NCBI GenBank assembly: GCA_023248495.1
Contig: JAHFEK010000001.1
Coordinates: forward strand, 49,195 to 113,194
Direction of reading: 5' to 3'
Source: Nitrospinales bacterium
GTDB lineage: Bacteria > Nitrospinota_A > UBA7883 > JACRGQ01
Length of the DNA stretch: 64,000 nt
The stretch's first letter is position 1; every line of letters starts with the position of its first letter. Under the pieces are notes generated by a model. It worked only from the letters and a program-made list of their open reading frames with translations, had not been told where the DNA came from and did not search any database. Positions 55,387 through 62,727 of the stretch are shown here, in pieces. Both the position numbers and the translations under genes were made by a program.

Positions 55387-58263
55387 TTATTTCAGGGTGA
55401 GTTCGGCGACGTTCACGCCGACGATCTTTTCCAGGTCGCCCCGCTTTTTAAAGCGGTCGAAGAGGTAGGCCATCAGCTTGTCCTTGGCGTAGCGGGTTTC
55501 TTCGTAGAACTTGTCCTTGAAGAATACTTCGATCTCGTTTTCAAGCGCCAGTTCGTAAATGAATTTTTTGGTCTCGGCGGTTTTGAATTCCGACGAGGTG
55601 GCGAATTGCAGTTCCACGTCGGCGGTCATCATTTTCACCTGCGATGAGTTGAAATCAACCGGCAGCATCACGCCTACCTTCATGATGGTGATTTGCGCCA
55701 AGGCCGGGGGAATCAGCTTTTCCGCCTCAAGCGCCGCCTTGCGGGCATCATCGTGGGCGGCCGCGGCGATCTCCTTCGCGTCCTTCGGCTTCGGCCCCTG
55801 CGCCGTGGCGGTTGGCGGAGGTTCGGCTTTTTTCTCCTCATGCGCGGGGGGCGGCGGGGCCGCCTTGGGCGCTTCGGGCTTTGCCTCTTCATGGGCGGGG
55901 GGCGCTGCCTTTTTCTGTTCCGCAACCGGCCCCGCCGGAGCGGCCGGCGCTTTTGCCGGGGCTGCGGCTTTTTGAGCCACTGCCACCGGATGGGATTTCA
56001 ACTTCATAAAATAGTACGAGCCCGCGCCGAGCATCAGCGCCACTCCCGCCGCCAGGGGGAGGGCGATTTTTCTGAATACGCCGGCTCTCTTCTTTTTCGG
56101 TTCCTCGCCGGGTTCCGCGGCAGTGGGGGATTCTTCCTCCACGGTGAAGTGTTCTTCTTTTGGCTTGCGCTTGGGAAGTTTGTCTTTAATGTAGTCGATA
56201 ATGCCGGCCAGCTTGCCCGGTTTACTTTCCGCTTCCACGGGATGTTCTTCCGTGGCGGCGGGAACCTCCGCCGTCACTTTATCCAATCCCTCGAACATCG
56301 AGGTGTCGATCCCTTCGTATTCCGCGGGCGGCGCCGCATGGGTTGCCGCCGCCTCCGCTTTTTTGTGTGCGGGAGCCTTCTTGGAGCCAACCGCCTCTTC
56401 GGCGAATAGCGATTCCAACTCGTCGTCTCCGCCTTCCAGTAGCTGACTAGCGGAGGTCGTTGCCGCTGCTTTTGGCGCTTCGCTTCCCCCAGTCATAAGG
56501 GCGTCCAGATCGCTTTGGCTGATTATATCGCCGCCGGAGGGTGCCGCAGCCGCAGCCTCGGGGAGAGGAGTTTTGGTTTCACCAAGCAGGGAGTCCAGGT
56601 CGCTTTGAGAAATGATATCTCCTTCGGATTCTTTGGCGGGTGCCGACGGCGCAGTGGCGGCCGCAAAGAGGGAGTCCAGATCGCTTTGCGAGATGATGTC
56701 TCCTTCTCCGGTCGGGGCCGGAGCGGGAGCGGGTGATTCTTTTTCGGTTTTTACGCTGGCCAGAATGGAATCAATATCGTTATTGGAGAGGGCCTGGGTA
56801 GTGCCGGAGGTCTCGTTTTCCAAAATGCTTTCCTGTGGCGCGGGAGCCGAAGCTGTCATCAAAATAGCGTCGATATCGTCCTGGCTATCCATTGTGCCCG
56901 CCGGAACCGCCGCATTGCTGCCAGCGAAAATCGCGTCAATATCGTCCGTTGTGGCCGTTTTCGGCTCTTCTTTCTTTGCCGGTGCCTGCTGCGCCTGAAC
57001 CGATGCGAAGATGTCGTCAATATCGCTTGATGATGCCATCTTCGGCTCTTCTTTCTTCGCCGGTGCCTGCAGTGCCTGCACGGATGCGAAGATGTCGTCA
57101 ATATCGCTTGATGACGCCATCTTCGGCTCTTCTTTCTTTGCCGGTGCCTGCTGCGCCTGCACGGATGCGAAGATGTCGTCAATATCGCTTGATGATGCCA
57201 TCTTCGGCTCTTCTTTCTTCGCCGGTGCCTGCTGTGCTTGAACCGATGCGAAGATGTCGTCAATATCGCTTGATGATGCCATCTTCGGCTCTTCTTTCTT
57301 CGCCGGTGCCTGCTGTGCTTGAACCGATGCGAAGATGTCGTCAATATCGCTTGATGACGCCATCTTCGGCTCTTCTTTCTTTGCCGGTGCCTGCTGCGCC
57401 TGAACCGATGCGAAGATGTCGTCAATATCGCTTGATGACGCCATCTTCGGCTCTTCTTTCTTCGCCGGTGCCTGCTGCGCCTGAACCGATGCGAAGATGT
57501 CGTCAATATCGCTTGATGACGCCATCTTCGGCTCTTCTTTCTTTGCCGGTGCCTGCTGTGCTTGAACCGATGCGAAGATGTCGTCAATATCGCTTGATGA
57601 TGCCATCTTCGGCTCTTCTTTCTTCGCCGGTGCCTGCTGTGCTTGAACGGATGCAAGGATGGCGGCGATGTCATCCGCGCCAACCGCTTCTTTTTTTACG
57701 GAGGGCGTCGGTTCCGGTTTGGGCGTTTCAGGGCGCTGGGCCTGAACGCTCGCCAATATATTCTCAATGTCGCTATCATTCATCGTCGGCATTTCCGCGG
57801 CGGGCAAGGGGAGTGGGGCGGTGATTATCTTTTCATGAATGTTATTGTGGACATCGCCCAAAATGGAATCGATCTGGCTTTGCGCCGTTAGATTGGTGGA
57901 ATCGTTTTTATCGTCTTTCGGTTTTCCTTCGTAGTCAAGCCCGCTCATAATTGCCGCCACTTGCTCTGGGGTGAGGCTTGGCTTTTCTTTACCTTTGACC
58001 GGCTCTTTAGCGGGCGCGCGCACCGCTGGCGGAGCGGTCTCCGCTGGCGTGGGTGTAGCGGAGACTTCAACCGGTTGTGTGGCAGGCTGCACACCCGTGG
58101 CAGGTATTGTGGTTTTTGCCACATCCTTAGGTGCGGCTTTCAATTTTTTCTTTACGAAAAAGATGTTTTCACAGGTGGCGCAATGGGCGTACGTTCCCTC
58201 TTGGGGGATGGATGAGCCATCCACTTCGTAGCGCGTGGCGCACTTGGGGCAGGTCAATAACAT
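55387..58263 (-). CDS. MJ0042-type zinc-ribbon membrane protein with ~18 acidic 'D-I/L-D-x-I/L-hydrophobic' motifs, one TM helix and a weakly FliL-like C-terminal domain
   Basis: The N-terminus reads 'MLLTCPKCATRYEV...HCATCENIFFV'. Repeats include 'SSSDIDDIFASVQAQQAPAKKEEPKMA' x8 and 'GDIISQSDLDSL' x3. The TM helix is 'IALPLAAGVALMLGAGSYYFM'. Confidence 0.8.
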   Translation of the reverse strand: MLLTCPKCATRYEVDGSSIPQEGTYAHCATCENIFFVKKKLKAAPKDVAKTTIPATGVQPATQPVEVSATPTPAETAPPAVRAPAKEPVKGKEKPSLTPEQVAAIMSGLDYEGKPKDDKNDSTNLTAQSQIDSILGDVHNNIHEKIITAPLPLPAAEMPTMNDSDIENILASVQAQRPETPKPEPTPSVKKEAVGADDIAAILASVQAQQAPAKKEEPKMASSSDIDDIFASVQAQQAPAKKEEPKMASSSDIDDIFASVQAQQAPAKKEEPKMASSSDIDDIFASVQAQQAPAKKEEPKMASSSDIDDIFASVQAQQAPAKKEEPKMASSSDIDDIFASVQAQQAPAKKEEPKMASSSDIDDIFASVQAQQAPAKKEEPKMASSSDIDDIFASVQALQAPAKKEEPKMASSSDIDDIFASVQAQQAPAKKEEPKTATTDDIDAIFAGSNAAVPAGTMDSQDDIDAILMTASAPAPQESILENETSGTTQALSNNDIDSILASVKTEKESPAPAPAPTGEGDIISQSDLDSLFAAATAPSAPAKESEGDIISQSDLDSLLGETKTPLPEAAAAAPSGGDIISQSDLDALMTGGSEAPKAAATTSASQLLEGGDDELESLFAEEAVGSKKAPAHKKAEAAATHAAPPAEYEGIDTSMFEGLDKVTAEVPAATEEHPVEAESKPGKLAGIIDYIKDKLPKRKPKEEHFTVEEESPTAAEPGEEPKKKRAGVFRKIALPLAAGVALMLGAGSYYFMKLKSHPVAVAQKAAAPAKAPAAPAGPVAEQKKAAPPAHEEAKPEAPKAAPPPPAHEEKKAEPPPTATAQGPKPKDAKEIAAAAHDDARKAALEAEKLIPPALAQITIMKVGVMLPVDFNSSQVKMMTADVELQFATSSEFKTAETKKFIYELALENEIEVFFKDKFYEETRYAKDKLMAYLFDRFKKRGDLEKIVGVNVAELTLK
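56924..57652 (-). repeat. 81-nt (27-codon) in-frame tandem repeat, 8 near-identical units plus 1 degenerate unit
   Basis: The unit start 'gcgaagatgtcgtcaatatcgcttgatga' recurs at 57005, 57086, 57167, 57248, 57329, 57410, 57491 and 57572. A degenerate unit lies at 56924. Confidence 0.9.
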
Positions 58264-58408
58264 AACGTTTGTGTCAACTCCTTGGCCCTAATCTATCGGA
58301 TATTTTGGCATCCGACTTTAGTTAAATAACTGTATTTCTTCACTTATTGCGTTTTTCCGTCTTTTTCCGGTTGACAAAAGCCGATGAGGCCTTCAAAATT
58401 CACCCATA

Positions 58409-58423
58409 AGTGTATTATACACT
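58409..58423. promoter_or_regulatory. Perfect 7-1-7 palindrome AGTGTAT-T-ATACACT in a divergent intergenic region (candidate operator)
   Basis: I read it directly. It sits about 25 nt downstream of a TTGACA-17-CAAAAT promoter-like pair (58371-58399). Confidence 0.25.
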
Positions 58424-58607
58424 CAACAATCATGCCGAAACATGATTGGGCGACCGCAAAAAGGATTAAAAAGTATCCGGGACGCCCACCTGCAACAGTC
58501 TCTTGACAGGTTTGTAAAATCCGCCCCCCTGGAATTGGATGGCGGCGGAACAAAATGACAGCGCCACCAACCGGTGGGTGCTAAGCGACCGAAAGGAAAA
58601 CGAAGAC

Positions 58608-59267
58608 ATGAGATCACTTTATCGTTACGGAGTGATGGCGGCAATGGTTATCGCCGCGGTGCTTATCCAGGTTTCCCAGCACCAAAAGGCGCAGATGGAG
58701 GATTTGCGGATTCGAGGCGCGGCGCGGGAAGCCGCAGTGCTCGGCCAGCATGACTGGAACATGCAAAACGGTAAAAAAATACAGGCGCGCGCCAGGATTT
58801 GCGCCATACTCGCGGAGTCGCAAGACTCGCTGCATCACGATCCCGTCCTGTTGGCCGATCTCATCATCACCAAGGCCGCCGAACACCGGCTTGATCCTTT
58901 TTTGGTGCTCGGCATTATAAAAACGGAAAGCGATTTTAACCGGTTCGCCGTTTCCCCCAAAGGGGCAATGGGCTTGATGCAGCTCCGGCCGAACACGGCG
59001 GAAACGCTTTTTGACGGCGAGCTGAAAGGCGTGGAAGCCGTCGCGCTCACCGACAATGAATTGAATATCAGCCTGGGCACCCGGTACCTGGAGCAGCTGA
59101 TCCGCCGCTTTGGCGACTTGCGCCTGGCGCTGGAAGCGTACAACCGCGGACCCACCCGCCTGCGCCGCGATATGAACGACGGCACGGGGTTGGATCGCGA
59201 GTACGCCGAGAAAGTCATGGCGAATTATCACCAGTTGCGCAAGTACCCGGCGGGCCGCACCCTCTAA
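58608..59267 (+). CDS. Lytic transglycosylase (SLT domain)
   Basis: It carries 'IIKTESDFNRFAVSPKGAMGLMQLRPNTA' and 'AYNRGP'. It has an N-terminal anchor. The start is taken at ATG 58608. Confidence 0.8.
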   Translation: MRSLYRYGVMAAMVIAAVLIQVSQHQKAQMEDLRIRGAAREAAVLGQHDWNMQNGKKIQARARICAILAESQDSLHHDPVLLADLIITKAAEHRLDPFLVLGIIKTESDFNRFAVSPKGAMGLMQLRPNTAETLFDGELKGVEAVALTDNELNISLGTRYLEQLIRRFGDLRLALEAYNRGPTRLRRDMNDGTGLDREYAEKVMANYHQLRKYPAGRTL

Positions 59268-59418
59268 CGCCCCCGCCGTTCCCCCTTTCCCGGTCCGCGG
59301 CCCCGCATTGCGGTTTTTATCGTTCAATGATATAAATTTGCCTGCGAGTGGGGCACATTACCGCATCTATGCAACGGCGGCATTTTTTCACGAAAACCGG
59401 ATTGGGGAAAATGGCGGG

Positions 59419-60039
59419 ATGAGGGTTATTATCGTTGATGACAATCCGTCGGAACTGAAGCGCCTTGCCGCTTTGTTGAAATCGGAGCCGTCGATAGAAC
59501 TGGCGGGTGTTTTCAGCGCGGCGTCCGAAGCCTTTAAAAATATCGAAACGCTGAAGCCGGATATTTTGCTGACGGATATCGAGATGCCCAACATAAGCGG
59601 CATCGGCCTGATCGCGCTGGCGAAAGACGGGTTTCCGGCCCTGCGTGTCCTTGCTTACACCGTCCACGAAGACGCCGAAACCGTTTTTGAGGCATTCAAG
59701 GCGGGGGCGGCGGGCTATATCACCAAGGACGCCGCGTCCAAGGATATTATCGATGCGGTGCTCAACCTTGAAAGCGGCGGCGCGCCGATGACCCCCAAAA
59801 TCGCCCGGCTGGTGGTGAGCGCGATGCGCGATGCGGCGGCGGGGGATGAATCTTTGGGCCAGCGGGAAAAGGAAATCCTGAAAAACATCGAGATGGGGCT
59901 TTCGTACAAGCAGATCGCGGAAAAATGCCACCTCAGCTTTCACACGGTTCATACGCATGTGCGGAACATTTACCAAAAGTTGCAGGCCGGCAACAAGCAG
60001 GAAGCCATTCGCAAGGCGAAGGAAAGAAAAATGTTCTGA
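59419..60039 (+). CDS. NarL/FixJ (LuxR-type HTH) response regulator
   Basis: The receiver reads 'MRVIIVDDNP...DILLTDIEMPNISG...GYITKD'. The C-terminus reads 'LGQREKEILKNIEMGLSYKQIAEKCHLSFHTVHTHVRNIYQKL'. Confidence 0.85.
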   Translation: MRVIIVDDNPSELKRLAALLKSEPSIELAGVFSAASEAFKNIETLKPDILLTDIEMPNISGIGLIALAKDGFPALRVLAYTVHEDAETVFEAFKAGAAGYITKDAASKDIIDAVLNLESGGAPMTPKIARLVVSAMRDAAAGDESLGQREKEILKNIEMGLSYKQIAEKCHLSFHTVHTHVRNIYQKLQAGNKQEAIRKAKERKMF

Positions 60040-60061
60040 TTTTCCGGTGAGGGGAGGGGCG

Positions 60062-62005
60062 ATGACCATCGAAGGGGTACAGGACGAAAGCGCGCGGCTG
60101 AGGGAACGGATCGGCTTCCTTGAAACCACGCTCGCCGAAAAAGAACGGGCCGAAGCGGCGCTGGGCAAAGAGCGGGATTTTTTACGCACCATCGTGGATA
60201 CGGTGGATGCGAAAATTACCGTGCTCGACCTGAAAAAGCAAAAGCTGGTTTTTTTCAACCGCGCCATCCGCGATTTCAGCGGCCATTCCGCGGAGAGTAT
60301 CGAGGCCATCAGCGAACTGGAAACAGCCAAGAAGACGATGGTGGATGAGGAAGGAAGCCGGGTTGCGGCAGAGCAGGCGCAAAGAGCCATCTCCACCAAA
60401 CAGCCCGTAACCGCCGAGTTGTGGAACATTAACAAGGACGGGGCGCGCCGCCGGTATTCATGGACCGCCACCGCGACGTTCGACGACGCCGGAAGCCCGG
60501 AATACGTCATCACCTCCGGCATAGACGTGACCGATCGATGGAACGCGGAAGAGGAATTACGGAAGGAAAAGGAGTTCCTGGACATCATACTCGATACCAC
60601 CGAGGCGATGATTACCGTCCTGGATATTCCGAACACCCGTATAAAGGCGTACAATCGCGCGACAAAGGAAAAATCGGGCTATTCCATGGACGAAGTAATT
60701 GACGGTTCGCATATTTCAGATTCCCCGACCATTCCCCCGGAAGAGAAGGAAATTTTTGAACAGGTGTTGATAGACGCCATTGCCACCGGCAAGCCGGTGA
60801 ACCATGAGATGTGGAGCGTCAGGAAAGACGGCGGAAAAAACCGCACTTTCTGGACAGTGCGGGCAACCTACGACCATCAAGGGAAACCCAAATACCTGGT
60901 ATCCTCCGGCATAGACGTGACCGAAAGGTGGAAAGCGGAAGAAGCCCTGCGCGCAACCAAAGAGAAAGTTGAAGAGGCGCTTCGCCTGAAACAGGCGTTC
61001 ATCACCCTCATATCGCACGACATCATTGCCCCCCTTTCGTTGAACCTCCGCGTCCTCCGGCAGTTCGGCGAGGAGTGTTCCGCCACGCTGGATGAAGAGC
61101 GGCGTAATGTGCTGGCCGCAATGATCGCGCGTGATGAAAAACTGCTGGAGAACGTGCGGCGGATGTTCGACATCGCCATGCTGCACACCGGCAAGCTGCT
61201 GCCCAACCCCGCGTTTTTGGACGCCCGCGCCCTGGTTAACGGCGCGTTTGGCGGCCTGCAGAAGGCGGCGGAGCTGAAGGGGATACGGCTGGTGAACGGC
61301 GTGCCGGAGGGGACGCGCCTGTACGCCGACATCGCGTTGCTGGGAAGCGTGATAAGCAACCTTGTCTATAACGCCATAAAGTTTTCAGGGCCGGGGAGCG
61401 AGGTCGCCCTGTTTGTGCCGCCGGGGGAGAACGCCACGCTCGCCGTGCGCGACCGCGGCATCGGCATAACCGCCGGAATGCTCCCCGATCTTTTCAATCA
61501 CGGAGTGCGCACCACTTCGCCGGGAACCGGCGGCGAGCGGGGGACGGGGCTGGGCCTTCCCTACGCGATGGACATAGTCAAGGCGCACAACGGCAGCATC
61601 GAGGTGGAGACGGAAGAGGGGCGCGGCAGCGTCTTTTATGTCCGGCTGCCGGATGTAACGCCGGTGGTTCTGGTGGCGGGGGGCGGCGGCGCGTGGCTGG
61701 AAAGCGCAAGGAACGTGTTGCGCGGATTGCGGATGGAAACCCTCGAGGCCAAAGACGCGGATGACGGTTTGGAGCTTGCGGCGAAAAACCGGGTCTCGCT
61801 TCTCCTGGCGTTGCTGGACGATTGCATATTCAACAGGGATTTTCTCGCCGCCTTCCAGAAGCGGTTCGCCGGTTCCATCCCCTTTGTGGCGGTGTCGCTT
61901 TCAACGGATATCGAAGAGTTGATCCAAATAGGGGCGGCGGAAGTATTCTCTTCGCCGCCAGATGCCGTGGCGCTGGCCGAAACCGTCATCCGCCTGCTGG
62001 TGTAA
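60062..62005 (+). CDS. PAS-PAS histidine kinase with a degenerate C-terminal receiver-like domain
   Basis: It has the H-box 'LISHDIIAPLS' and G-boxes 'DRGIGI...GTGLGLPYA'. In the C-terminus, 'VVLVAGGGG' replaces the acidic pocket and 'FSSPP' replaces the conserved K-P. Confidence 0.85.
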   Translation: MTIEGVQDESARLRERIGFLETTLAEKERAEAALGKERDFLRTIVDTVDAKITVLDLKKQKLVFFNRAIRDFSGHSAESIEAISELETAKKTMVDEEGSRVAAEQAQRAISTKQPVTAELWNINKDGARRRYSWTATATFDDAGSPEYVITSGIDVTDRWNAEEELRKEKEFLDIILDTTEAMITVLDIPNTRIKAYNRATKEKSGYSMDEVIDGSHISDSPTIPPEEKEIFEQVLIDAIATGKPVNHEMWSVRKDGGKNRTFWTVRATYDHQGKPKYLVSSGIDVTERWKAEEALRATKEKVEEALRLKQAFITLISHDIIAPLSLNLRVLRQFGEECSATLDEERRNVLAAMIARDEKLLENVRRMFDIAMLHTGKLLPNPAFLDARALVNGAFGGLQKAAELKGIRLVNGVPEGTRLYADIALLGSVISNLVYNAIKFSGPGSEVALFVPPGENATLAVRDRGIGITAGMLPDLFNHGVRTTSPGTGGERGTGLGLPYAMDIVKAHNGSIEVETEEGRGSVFYVRLPDVTPVVLVAGGGGAWLESARNVLRGLRMETLEAKDADDGLELAAKNRVSLLLALLDDCIFNRDFLAAFQKRFAGSIPFVAVSLSTDIEELIQIGAAEVFSSPPDAVALAETVIRLLV

Positions 62006-62037
62006 GGTAAACATTGTCATACCTGTTTCCCCGCTTT

Positions 62038-62060
62038 GTCATGCCGGGCTTGACTTGGGA
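62038..62060. repeat. Hairpin repeat family A copy, inverted orientation and half-degenerate
   Basis: GTCATGCCGGGCTTGACTTGGGA is the reverse complement of ...CAAGTCAAGCCCGGCATGAC. It lies inside the 3' tail of the GIY-YIG ORF. Confidence 0.6.
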
Positions 62061-62437
62061 GCGGCGGAATAAACATGCGGCGGCGAAGCCCGCGAAGCCA
62101 GCCGCGCACGAACCGCCGCGGAAGTACCCTTTAAGGGTGCGGTATCCACTCCCAGAATTTCCGGGTATAAATCCTTCCATGCCGGATTTGATTTGTGGAC
62201 AAGGTCGATTTTCCATTGCCTACGCCAATTCTTGAGTTGCTTTTCCCGCGCCATGGCCGAGCGGATATCGGTAGTCTGTTCATAATGAACCAACATATGC
62301 AACTGATACCTTTTTGTGAAGCCGGGTGACAGGTCATTCTTGTGCTCATATACCCGTCTTATAAGGTTGTTTGTGACGCCAACGTAAAGAGTGCCGTATT
62401 TTTTGTTAGTGAGGATGTAAACGCAATATTGCCTCAT
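62039..62437 (-). CDS. GIY-YIG nuclease family protein (small URI-domain type)
   Basis: It reads 'YCVYILTNKKYGTLYVGVTNNLIRRVYEHK...REKQLKNWRRQWK'. The last ~35 codons ('...SRASPPHVYSAAPKSSPA') run into the repeat, so the native C-terminus may be shorter or repeat-derived. Confidence 0.75.
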   Translation of the reverse strand: MRQYCVYILTNKKYGTLYVGVTNNLIRRVYEHKNDLSPGFTKRYQLHMLVHYEQTTDIRSAMAREKQLKNWRRQWKIDLVHKSNPAWKDLYPEILGVDTAPLKGTSAAVRARLASRASPPHVYSAAPKSSPA

Positions 62438-62484
62438 GGGTAAATTCTATATGATTGTTGTTGGAATTTTATGTAGGTGGAAAT

Positions 62485-62510
62485 GGATGCCGGGTCAAGC
62501 CCGGCACGAC
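62485..62510. repeat. Hairpin repeat family A copy (GGATGCCGGGTCAAGCCCGGCACGAC)
   Basis: It matches 2850-2875 almost exactly and lies immediately 5' of the GIY-YIG gene. Confidence 0.7.
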
Positions 62511-62528
62511 AACAACGGGGATATGTTT

Positions 62529-62574
62529 GGATCCCGGGTCACCCCGTGCCGCGGCACGGACGGGGCCGGCACGG
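62529..62574. repeat. Variant/expanded family A-like copy with palindrome CCGTGCC-GC-GGCACGG
   Basis: GGATCCCGGGTCACCCCGTGCCGCGGCACGGACGGGGCCGGCACGG has the same GGAT-CCGGGTCA head and GGCACG tail as the neighbouring copy. Confidence 0.5.
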
Positions 62575-62727
62575 CAAAATAAGAGTTTCCTCCCCCGCGA
62601 AATACCACGTTAATACCACGTTCGGGGTATTCAACACCCATCGTTTCTCCGCTAAACTTTTTCGTAAGCCGCCTTTCGTGCGGCGATTGCGTCTGAGGTA
62701 TGGAAAATTTATAAAGGGGATAAGGCA

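Noticed and set aside
56859-57824. Alternative-frame ORFs (274 aa on the minus strand, 310 aa on the plus strand) and the regular 81-nt periodicity, considered as a possible CRISPR array or separate repeat protein.
   Set aside because: The units are directly abutting, with no unique spacers, so this is not CRISPR. The periodic ORFs are out-of-frame readings of the same tandem repeat. Only the 958-aa frame has a proper N-terminal zinc ribbon, a TM helix and a C-terminal domain.
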